Shown here: positions 56,377 to 64,000 of the stretch, in pieces
How the letters are laid out: the number at the start of each line of letters is the position of its first letter
How positions within the stretch are numbered: position 1 is the first letter of the stretch
From: a virus
Lineage: Duplodnaviria > Caudoviricetes
Virus record (IMG/VR): IMGVR_UViG_3300032038_007781
Coordinates: 32,001-96,000 of that record
DNA: 64,000 bases
Strand: one strand, 5' to 3'
Notes under the pieces: model-generated
Seen by the model: only the letters and a program-made list of their open reading frames with translations
Databases searched by the model: none
What the model was told of the DNA's origin: nothing
Program-made: the position numbers and the translations under genes

Positions 56377-59355
56377 TTAGGCAATATCATCAGAAGTACC
56401 TTCAATATTATCACGTCCTCTTGTATCATATTCAACATTTTGTACTACATGTGTAAAAGAACTTAATGGTCTTAGATATATTGCACCTATAGGTTTCAAT
56501 TTATTAGGGTCATATTGTATGCAATATACATATTCAACACCCAAATACGCAGATAAATCTTTATCATATAAAACTTTGTAAAGTTTACCGTTCTCCATGC
56601 TTTGCATTATTTCACCTGTTTGTATAATATAATTCCTAAGTATATCTTTTTGGCGCTTCCATTTTTTAATATATGGATTATGCTCAGAATTACCATCAGC
56701 AACTACTTCCTCAAATACATACCCTTTATTTTCATATACGTTTCTACCCATTGGCTTAATTCCTTTATCATAGAATCTATCTATCTCGCCAATCACATAT
56801 CTCCAATCAGGGTATACATATTTGACGCCAACATCACCCACCTTTTCATTATATACATCCATATATAATTCTTCATCAGAATAAGATGCTATAACTTTTC
56901 TAAGGACTTCTTTTTGCTTATAAGTTGGCTCTCTGCCAATGTCTATAGAATTAGGCATTATTCTAATGTTACCAAGTTTAATAAATTGGAATTTATCATC
57001 AATACCATTTATTCGTGTTACTTCGTTGTGTTCACCTTCAGTATATATAATGTTACCATCAGATAAAATAAAGCCCCTACAACCTTTAAAATAGTCACCG
57101 TGCCTAAATAATTGTAACGCACGATAATTTAATTCATACGGATTGTTAATATCTATAGGGCTATCTTCATACATTTCGCAAGTTTCAAATCTTCCTGTGT
57201 ATGAGAAGAAGTCGTATTTATCTATTTCGCCTTTTTGTATGAAAGTGTTAAGCATTTTTTCAGCCCAATCTTCACCAAAAATATCTACCAAATCATCCCA
57301 ATCAACACTATCACCACCACAATATTGATAATATTCATTATCATAATATGTTAATTCAAAAGTAGGGAATTCGTTTTTAACATATGCAGCTAAAACTTCA
57401 TTGCTATTTTCAAGCCCATTTTCTTCAAGATATTCTTTATAATCATCTTGGTCAATTGATAATTCCCATTCTATCGCACCTACTTTTGATAAATCTACTG
57501 AAGCAGATTCATTTATTATTCTACTTTCGGTGATAGAATTAAGCTTATCATACAATTTGCTTGAAATGTCCCATAACTTATCAAGATATTCAGTTCTCCT
57601 TAATACCTTATATATAATATTATATGGGTCAGTTTCACCTCCACGCTTTAAACCTAATTTACGCATTGATTTAATCTTATTCAACAATTTGTGTGTCTTC
57701 TTACCAATTTTTCTTAGTTGTGCATCATCATTTGTGGAATTCATTAAATCAATATAATCATCAATTTTAGTCATTATTTTTGATGATTTAAGTTTAATTT
57801 CTTTACTGTCAGGTGCAATGGAATGTATATCATTCGGGTTAGGCTTTTTTATCCAATTATTGTCTTCCAAATCATACAACCCACCAGATTCAGTTTCAGC
57901 ATTTATATCTTCTACGTATACTTCAACATTGAAGCCATAAATTTTTAACCCTTCATGTTCATTATTCCATTCATTCTTTTTTGAATTGAAATATTCTTGA
58001 ACAAAATTTGTCCTTTCATCAACTTCAGAAAAATCTACAATTATGTGCAAATCAATGTCTGAAAATTTAGACCAATTGTAATTACAAATTGAGCCTGTTA
58101 AAATAATGCCTTTTCTTTTAACCCAATTAATGTTAACAGTTTCCCAAAAATCATCAGCAATATCTAATAGTTTTAGCCTTACTTTAGAATTTAATTTATC
58201 ACCTTTCCAAATTTTAGGTGCTAAAGTATCTTCTTTTTTAAAAGAGTCAAGGCTTACCTCATCAGCACTAACTTCTAATTCTTGATTTTCTTCGATATTT
58301 TGTTCTACGTGAAAATATTCATTGTTACCACCATCGCCTTCAGCACCTATATACCCATCAGGTTTAGACTCTTTTATTTGGCAATATTTGCTGTTAAAAT
58401 ATTCTTGAGGTGTATAAAATTCCTTCCCATCCATTCCGTCTATGCAAATGCTTTTAATAGCATTTGGGTAAATAACGCCACGATACCCTATTTTTGTATA
58501 TTTAACAGGATTTTCTTTTTTATCAATAACATTTGCTTTATGATAATCAGTATAGTCTATGCCATTTTTTTCCATTTGGCTGTTATATACATTATCAAAT
58601 CTTTCATTTGCGTAAGAATTATATGCATCGTAGTCAAACACAAATTTATTTTCATCAAGTTTATCACCATCAAATTCTATAACACAAGGATAAAATTTTT
58701 TTTCATTGATTGGCATATCACCAGAAACAATAGAAGCATATTCCATTGCAATATCAAAATTTGATGTTATGAACACAGTATCACTATGCTTAATACTCCA
58801 TCTACTTTTTTCAGGGTTACTTCTTAACCCCTTTTTAAGTATTCCTTCTGCAAATCTTAAAGCAGTGCCATGATAAAAAGATTTTGGCTTTTCTATATTT
58901 CTATTTATTTGTGAAGTTTTTATTTCTTTAGACCCATAATAAACATTTACATAATCTAAGTTAAACATTTTATTTAATGAATAGAGTTCAGTAGAGTTTA
59001 AAACATTATATGTGCTATTAGGTGTGATTTCTAAAGTATTACCATAGAAACAACCTGTTACAAGTCTTGGGAAATTAGAACCTAATATTTTTGTATATTT
59101 TTCAATATCATGATTTTCAATTGCTATATCTAAATCATTTAAATAATCCTTCAATTCACTCTTATGACTATTTAGCATGTTTTTTAATGATAATGGGTTA
59201 TCATCTGTGTATATAGCAATATCACCTTTATATAAAGCAAAATAAAACACACCATTATTTGAACCCATGTCTGAATCTGGATTCAAATTAAGCTCGTTTA
59301 TTATACTTTCTCTTAATTTTAAAAGCTTATGTTCATTTAATATTATTTTTTTCAT
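56377..59355 (-). CDS. leader-tagged polyprotein: ART/Tpt1-like, Pol-beta-type nucleotidyltransferase and further domains
   Basis: MKKIILNE...IINE leader; FYHGT...ILKKGL...VFITS...AMEYA; LTGSICNYNWSKFSDIDLHI...EVYVED; GFILSDG domain. Confidence 0.7.
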   Translation of the reverse strand: MKKIILNEHKLLKLRESIINELNLNPDSDMGSNNGVFYFALYKGDIAIYTDDNPLSLKNMLNSHKSELKDYLNDLDIAIENHDIEKYTKILGSNFPRLVTGCFYGNTLEITPNSTYNVLNSTELYSLNKMFNLDYVNVYYGSKEIKTSQINRNIEKPKSFYHGTALRFAEGILKKGLRSNPEKSRWSIKHSDTVFITSNFDIAMEYASIVSGDMPINEKKFYPCVIEFDGDKLDENKFVFDYDAYNSYANERFDNVYNSQMEKNGIDYTDYHKANVIDKKENPVKYTKIGYRGVIYPNAIKSICIDGMDGKEFYTPQEYFNSKYCQIKESKPDGYIGAEGDGGNNEYFHVEQNIEENQELEVSADEVSLDSFKKEDTLAPKIWKGDKLNSKVRLKLLDIADDFWETVNINWVKRKGIILTGSICNYNWSKFSDIDLHIIVDFSEVDERTNFVQEYFNSKKNEWNNEHEGLKIYGFNVEVYVEDINAETESGGLYDLEDNNWIKKPNPNDIHSIAPDSKEIKLKSSKIMTKIDDYIDLMNSTNDDAQLRKIGKKTHKLLNKIKSMRKLGLKRGGETDPYNIIYKVLRRTEYLDKLWDISSKLYDKLNSITESRIINESASVDLSKVGAIEWELSIDQDDYKEYLEENGLENSNEVLAAYVKNEFPTFELTYYDNEYYQYCGGDSVDWDDLVDIFGEDWAEKMLNTFIQKGEIDKYDFFSYTGRFETCEMYEDSPIDINNPYELNYRALQLFRHGDYFKGCRGFILSDGNIIYTEGEHNEVTRINGIDDKFQFIKLGNIRIMPNSIDIGREPTYKQKEVLRKVIASYSDEELYMDVYNEKVGDVGVKYVYPDWRYVIGEIDRFYDKGIKPMGRNVYENKGYVFEEVVADGNSEHNPYIKKWKRQKDILRNYIIQTGEIMQSMENGKLYKVLYDKDLSAYLGVEYVYCIQYDPNKLKPIGAIYLRPLSSFTHVVQNVEYDTRGRDNIEGTSDDIA

Positions 59356-59364
59356 TATAATATT

Positions 59365-59622
59365 TTAGTTTTGCGTTTTTCTATCGTTTACAGTTTCATC
59401 ATCATTAATCAATTTAACATTTTGGTTTTTATTGAAATTACATAAAGGGGCTACTAATTCTGCTTCTTTTAGACCTTCTTCGGAAGCAAATGATTCAGCT
59501 TCAGTGTATTTAATCCCATCTTTATTCTTTATACCGTCATAACTGGTATTACATTGAACTGCCAACGGAACAAACTGTTCTGACAAATCATAACCATAAG
59601 AATCATATCCTTTATCTATCAT
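59365..59622 (-). CDS. hypothetical protein
   Basis: 85-aa ORF at the head of the operon. Confidence 0.65.
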   Translation of the reverse strand: MIDKGYDSYGYDLSEQFVPLAVQCNTSYDGIKNKDGIKYTEAESFASEEGLKEAELVAPLCNFNKNQNVKLINDDETVNDRKTQN

Positions 59623-59650
59623 ATAATCGTTTTTTTTCTTTTTAATTAGT

Positions 59651-59666
59651 TATTTATTAATAAATA
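59651..59666. promoter_or_regulatory. palindromic pair of putative late promoters for divergent genes
   Basis: Perfect palindrome TATTTATTAATAAATA between divergent starts 59622 and 59673. Confidence 0.6.
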
Positions 59667-59672
59667 TTATTG

Positions 59673-60557
59673 ATGATGAAAAAGACTGTTATTATATCTG
59701 AAAGTACATTTAACAATATATTTACCAATTTAGTTTTGGAAGATAAAACAATGGATGACGCAGTTAGACGATTAGCGCTCTACCAAAAATTAGGAAATGA
59801 TTATTTTAAAAACCCGTCAATAAGTGATGAGACCATGACTAATGATAAAATTACTTATGACTTAGCTTTAAAAAATCAAATGAATGAAATTGTTGATGCT
59901 ATATATGACACTTATGAAAAAATTTCACACAATATGCATGCATTCTATAATTCAGCAACAAATGAACCGCCTGCAACAAAAGAAAAAACTAACATAGGTA
60001 AATTTGGTATGCATCCTTCTACATTTTATTTGGAGCCAGATTATGATAAGCAACATTTATCGCCATCAGATAGAAAAACATTTATGCAAAAATGTAGATG
60101 TTATTATATGCTTATTATGGAAATATATAATAGTGGTGTACCAGTTTGGGCTAATTTGTTTTTTAACCCAAAATATGATGTGGCAAAGAAAACTTTCTTA
60201 AAATGTAATCAAATATCAAGTGGTACATTAGAACGAATAAGTGTTGGTGTGGCTGATAGTGATGGTAACTATCCAGAAGGTACTATAAATTGGATAAGGA
60301 AAAAACGCAGTGTTAACAATAGAACTGGTAATGAAACTAAATATTTAACAAATGACTTTCAACCAGCTACGTTTGGACAAAAGGAACAATACCTAAAATT
60401 TGTACCAACAAAGGAAAAAAGTGCTATTATGCAATGGTATATTAAGGCAAAAAATGACCCGTCTATGTATGAAAAATATATAATGCAAAACAAACCTACA
60501 AATCCAGAAGCATCTAAGAGTGTTAGGGGTAAAAGAATATTTGGTCTTAAAAGATAA
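59673..60557 (+). CDS. hypothetical protein with short leader
   Basis: MMKKTVIISESTFNNIFTNLVLE. Confidence 0.75.
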   Translation: MMKKTVIISESTFNNIFTNLVLEDKTMDDAVRRLALYQKLGNDYFKNPSISDETMTNDKITYDLALKNQMNEIVDAIYDTYEKISHNMHAFYNSATNEPPATKEKTNIGKFGMHPSTFYLEPDYDKQHLSPSDRKTFMQKCRCYYMLIMEIYNSGVPVWANLFFNPKYDVAKKTFLKCNQISSGTLERISVGVADSDGNYPEGTINWIRKKRSVNNRTGNETKYLTNDFQPATFGQKEQYLKFVPTKEKSAIMQWYIKAKNDPSMYEKYIMQNKPTNPEASKSVRGKRIFGLKR

Positions 60558-60565
60558 GAAAAAAA

Positions 60566-60600
60566 TAAAAGCGAAGCCTTATTCAAGCTTCGCTTTTATT
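60566..60600. terminator. bidirectional terminator
   Basis: ATAAAAGCGAAGC...GCTTCGCTTTTAT. Confidence 0.8.
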
Positions 60601-61581
60601 TTACCCAACACTTAAAGGTGCTTTTATCGTACTATCACTTTTATAGTTTTCTATTATAAAATCTTCATATTTGAAGTCATCTATATCATCAATTTTTCTC
60701 CCAAATTTTAAAGTAGGTAATGTATCAAACCCTTTCCTTGTTAATTGTTCATCAACAGCTTTCATTTGGTTACAGTAAATATGAGTATCACCTAAATCAG
60801 CAATCAATTCATCTGGCACCATACCAACAACTTCTGCAATCATATATGTTAGTGCTGCATAACTTGCTATATTAAACGGTAGTCCTAAAAAGCTATCTAC
60901 GCTTCTTTGCGTCCATTTACAACTTAGCCCATATTTTCCATCATTTAATTCACGAACATAGAATTGAAACATTACATGACAAGGAGGTAGTGCCATTTCA
61001 TCTAAATCCGATGGGTTAAATGCAACGCAAAGTAGTCTTCTATCATTAGGATTTGTTTTTAACGTGTCTATTATCTTCTTTATTTGGTCAACACCACTAT
61101 TACCAAATCTTCTCCATTGTTTACCATATACAGGACCTAAATCACCATAAATATATCGCATTCTATACCCATCAGGACTATATAGTAAATCTTCAAATCC
61201 TTCTTCGGAAACTTTTTTAATAAATTCATCTTTATTTAGTGCGACTTTAACGTCATTATCTAACGCATTTGTAAGTGAATTGTGTTTTTTTATTAATGAC
61301 TTATAATGTCTATAAGCATCATCATCCCATATATGTACGTTTTTATCTGTTAAAGCCTTTATGTTAGTAGAACCGCTTATAAACCATAATAATTCTTCTA
61401 TAACACCTCTATAAAAGACTTTTTTGGTTGTTAGTAATGGAAACCCTTCTTTTAAATTAAATCGCATTGTACGTGAAAATACTGATAGTACATCACCACT
61501 TCTTGTTGATTTTAAAACCCCATTATTTTTAATGTCAGTAAGTAAATTTAAATATTGCTTATCTACGTTGTTCATATCCAT
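60601..61581 (-). CDS. thyA: thymidylate synthase
   Basis: FPLLTTKK, ELLWF, IWD, DLGPVYGKQWR, MALPPCH, QRSVDSFLGLPFNIASY, GDTHIY. Confidence 0.97.
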   Translation of the reverse strand: MDMNNVDKQYLNLLTDIKNNGVLKSTRSGDVLSVFSRTMRFNLKEGFPLLTTKKVFYRGVIEELLWFISGSTNIKALTDKNVHIWDDDAYRHYKSLIKKHNSLTNALDNDVKVALNKDEFIKKVSEEGFEDLLYSPDGYRMRYIYGDLGPVYGKQWRRFGNSGVDQIKKIIDTLKTNPNDRRLLCVAFNPSDLDEMALPPCHVMFQFYVRELNDGKYGLSCKWTQRSVDSFLGLPFNIASYAALTYMIAEVVGMVPDELIADLGDTHIYCNQMKAVDEQLTRKGFDTLPTLKFGRKIDDIDDFKYEDFIIENYKSDSTIKAPLSVG

Positions 61582-62053
61582 TACTTTCTTTATTATCAAT
61601 AACTTGCGACACAAACGCCATAATCATATGGTTATTTAAAATAAATTCGCCTTTGTTTTTTAGACAATGCTTATGACAATGTTTACTTACTTCACTGTCT
61701 ATTTCATCTATCCATTCTGACCAATTATTGTCTATTTTTTGAATTAACCCACTTGGGGAATGCCTGCTAACATAATTTTCTAAAAACTCATTTCTACGCT
61801 CTTTAGACGGATAAAATAAATCATAATCAATTCCTTCAATTTCCAACGCATCACGTACTTCTTTGTGCGATGATACAAAAATTATATCATTATCTGCTAT
61901 ATTATCTTTTATATGCTTGATATAATTTGAAGGAAAATCATCTTTATTAAATTTACTAGAATCACTATCTAATATTTTAATTTTGTCTTTTAAGGCATTA
62001 AAAGCATAACTTTTTCCCATACCAGGGAAAGCACTAATTACAATTGCACTCAT
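61559..62053 (-). CDS. P-loop (kinase-like) protein
   Basis: ISAFPGMGKS, DSDSS, FPSNY, VSSH. Confidence 0.7.
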   Translation of the reverse strand: MSAIVISAFPGMGKSYAFNALKDKIKILDSDSSKFNKDDFPSNYIKHIKDNIADNDIIFVSSHKEVRDALEIEGIDYDLFYPSKERRNEFLENYVSRHSPSGLIQKIDNNWSEWIDEIDSEVSKHCHKHCLKNKGEFILNNHMIMAFVSQVIDNKESNGYEQRR

Positions 62054-62063
62054 ATTTTTTTAT

Positions 62064-62222
62064 TTAAAAATCAATATAAAATAAATTACCTGTTGGTTTA
62101 TTCATTTCTATAACATTAACGATTTCATTTTCAATCATCGTTGAATAGAATCTATGAAATAATCTATCAACAATAGTTTTACCAACATATAAATTGCTTA
62201 TGTTAATATTTAACGATTTCAT
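62064..62222 (-). CDS. 52-aa major-capsid-fragment homologue (Gol-region mimic), not in the ORF track
   Basis: MKSLNINISNLYVGKTIVDRLFHRFYSTMIENEIVNVIEMNKPTGNLFYIDF; ATGA-coupled to the upstream gene; 15/37 ungapped identities to gp23 residues 72-108. Confidence 0.8.
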   Translation of the reverse strand: MKSLNINISNLYVGKTIVDRLFHRFYSTMIENEIVNVIEMNKPTGNLFYIDF

Positions 62223-62485
62223 TTCTCATAGTCATAAGGTTTGTTATTAGCAATAGCATCAGACTTTTGCGTAATTTCCCAAGCATATTCATCATCAGAT
62301 ATGTTCCAACTATTATTAGACATTAAATATTGCGCTATTTCTTTGTCTATTTCTTCTTTAATTTGTGGCGTTAATAAATCACTAAGAATTTGCATTGCAA
62401 CATCATTATAATTGTTATCTATCCATGATAAATCTGACTTATATGTTTTTGAATTTTCTATTAAATAATTGCCATTTTTTTTCAT
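62219..62485 (-). CDS. 88-aa protein with a major-capsid spine-helix-like segment
   Basis: LSDLLTPQIKEEIDKEIAQYL vs gp23 LTAILSEQIAAEIDREILRDL (10/21 identical). Confidence 0.65.
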   Translation of the reverse strand: MKKNGNYLIENSKTYKSDLSWIDNNYNDVAMQILSDLLTPQIKEEIDKEIAQYLMSNNSWNISDDEYAWEITQKSDAIANNKPYDYEK

Positions 62486-62494
62486 AATTTTATA

Positions 62495-62959
62495 TTAAAC
62501 TTTAATCTTAACATTGAACCCTACAGCACTAAGAATATCTTTAACTATATCTTCATATGAAGATTCATTTGCATTTTTTATACTATATAATTCATTATTC
62601 TTGTTGTCAAGGATTCTAAAACTGCTGCTATCAAATGATTCTATTTGAAGTCCATTACCTGTTCTAAATTCATACTCTTCGTTAATTAAATTTAAATCTG
62701 CATTGGGTAATTTTGTAAATTGATAACCTTTTGATTTAATAAATTTGTTTAGTGCTTTACCCTGTGAATCATCTTCTCTAAACATTAAATAATCTCTAAC
62801 GTCAACATCATCGTATTGATATTGTGTACCGTTAGAAAATACTACTTTTAATGTCTTAGGTTTATTATCGTTATCAATGCATTCTGAATATTTTATATTA
62901 CTGCTTTGATACCATACTTTGTCAACATCATCTTCATAATAATTAAATAATTTACTCAT
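62495..62959 (-). CDS. KTSC domain protein
   Basis: SSNIKY...TLKVVFSNGTQYQYDDV...Y..F...DSQGKALNKFIK. Confidence 0.85.
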   Translation of the reverse strand: MSKLFNYYEDDVDKVWYQSSNIKYSECIDNDNKPKTLKVVFSNGTQYQYDDVDVRDYLMFREDDSQGKALNKFIKSKGYQFTKLPNADLNLINEEYEFRTGNGLQIESFDSSSFRILDNKNNELYSIKNANESSYEDIVKDILSAVGFNVKIKV

Positions 62960-63011
62960 AAACTTCTTTTTTTTTATTTTAAGTTAAACAACGCTTTCAG
63001 CGTATATATTA

Positions 63012-63042
63012 CAAATATATTAAAAATATATAATAAAACAAA
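63012..63042 (-). promoter_or_regulatory. Bacteroidetes-type promoter of the KTSC-thyA operon
   Basis: TTTG (63042-63039), N19, TATATTTG (63019-63012). Confidence 0.7.
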
Positions 63043-63135
63043 AAATAGTATATATTTTATTTTTAATAATATATAATAATATTTTATTTGACTATTAAAA
63101 ATATTATTTTATATTTTATATAAAAATAGAGAAAT

Positions 63136-64000
63136 ATGAGTGAAAACAAAAACGATATTTATTCTTATGAACTACAGGGTGTATTGACATATATGGTTGA
63201 TATCCTTGTAAATGAATTTCCAACTGAGATTTTTACACCTGAATACTTAATGGTTTCAATTCTTGATACAAAGAATTGTCACGCAAATATGATACTTGAC
63301 AATTGTTTAATGTCCAATAATATGTATGAACTAAAAGAAATTTATATAAACGTATTAAAGGAGCATTCTAAACCAATTGTAAAAAATAAAGATAATGGTA
63401 AAGTAAACTTTGATTTTGAGCTAAATAAAATTTTAGAAAATGCTGAAAAAGAAATGACAGCAACAGGTTCTAAAAAAGTTGGTACTGAACACGTATTACT
63501 TTCCATTTTAAACCCATCTAACGAAATTAAAATTAAGGATGTATTCAAAACGGTAGGGATTGAATATAGCTTTATTTTAGATAAATGCAGTGAAGACAAA
63601 GTTAAACCAAAACATACACCAAAAGCAATAAGGCCTAAAGGCTTTATCAGTAATAAAATTGGTAATTCGCTTAAACCAGCTATTTTCCCTCTAAAAAGTG
63701 AAGTAAATACTTCAAGCGTTGTAACAAAAGACGAATATGTGTCAAAGTTTACAACTAATTTGAATGAATTGGCTAAGAACGGTAAAATTGATGAACTTGT
63801 AGGAAGGGAAGACGAAATTAATGAAATTATCAAGGTGCTTGCGAGAAGAAAGAAAAACAACGTAATTCTTGTAGGTAATGGCGGTGTAGGTAAAACTGAA
63901 ATTGTGTATGGGTTGGCATCTATGATTTCAAAAGGTAATGTACCATCAATACTTGAAGGTAAAGAAATTGTTATGATTGATATTATGGCAATTGTTTCTG
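63136..64000 (+). CDS. ClpB/ClpC-family AAA+ chaperone, truncated by the window end
   Basis: Own translation: Clp_N repeats (TPEYLMVSIL, GTEHVLLSIL), GKIDELVGREDEI, LARRKKNN, Walker A GNGGVGKT. Confidence 0.93.
   Translation, partial: MSENKNDIYSYELQGVLTYMVDILVNEFPTEIFTPEYLMVSILDTKNCHANMILDNCLMSNNMYELKEIYINVLKEHSKPIVKNKDNGKVNFDFELNKILENAEKEMTATGSKKVGTEHVLLSILNPSNEIKIKDVFKTVGIEYSFILDKCSEDKVKPKHTPKAIRPKGFISNKIGNSLKPAIFPLKSEVNTSSVVTKDEYVSKFTTNLNELAKNGKIDELVGREDEINEIIKVLARRKKNNVILVGNGGVGKTEIVYGLASMISKGNVPSILEGKEIVMIDIMAIVS

Noticed and set aside
60601-61581. Group I intron or intein in thyA (also checked gp17, gp20, gp23)
   Set aside because: Frames are continuous with all motifs in order and no intein terminal signatures. 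The thyA insert is a short in-frame variable region.
63342-63860. 172-aa minus-strand ORF
   Set aside because: Antisense shadow of the Clp ATPase gene.
1-64000. Stop-codon reassignment (TAG to Gln, as in Lak/crAss-like gut phages)
   Set aside because: Standard-code ORFs tile the window, and hallmark genes up to 8.3 kb are uninterrupted. TAG is rare as a stop (e.g. 6007-6009) but nothing requires read-through.
1-64000. tRNA/rRNA genes
   Set aside because: No cloverleaf with a T-loop GTTCRA in suitable context or rRNA-like segment noticed in intergenic regions; a tRNAscan run would be decisive.

Overview
AT-rich segment of a large T4-like (jumbo) myophage genome in the standard genetic code. 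Host-type TTTG-N19/20-TATATTTG promoters and AT-rich leaders without Shine-Dalgarno sites point to a Bacteroidetes host. From left to right it carries: nucleotide-metabolism genes (degenerate HD protein, dUTPase, IMPDH/GMP reductase); three glycosyltransferases; a gp55-like late sigma factor; baseplate-like genes; a divergent PhoH; a YadA-repeat fibre; two giant virion-type proteins (CotH-kinase/LRR and LTD/purple acid phosphatase); the head module (gp23, scaffold, gp21, gp20, gp17) interleaved with four Zn-ribbon-repeat endonucleases; thyA; a KTSC protein; and a truncated Clp ATPase. Main novel-looking observations: (1) two adjacent mini-ORFs in a host-promoter-driven operon that each resemble a different conserved segment of the major capsid protein, one being the Gol-equivalent region; (2) a family of unrelated cargo genes sharing a KKLIRLTEGDLHxI...I-x-E leader, including multi-enzyme polyproteins (ART/Tpt1-like, GNAT, nucleotidyltransferase) punctuated by gp21-type I/L/V-x-E sites; (3) a candidate programmed -1 frameshift (TTT GGG AAA AAA A) in an acidic head-core-like gene; (4) a late-promoter motif TATTTAT(A/T), the reverse complement of the T4 late promoter. 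All family assignments come from motif recognition by eye, not database searches.
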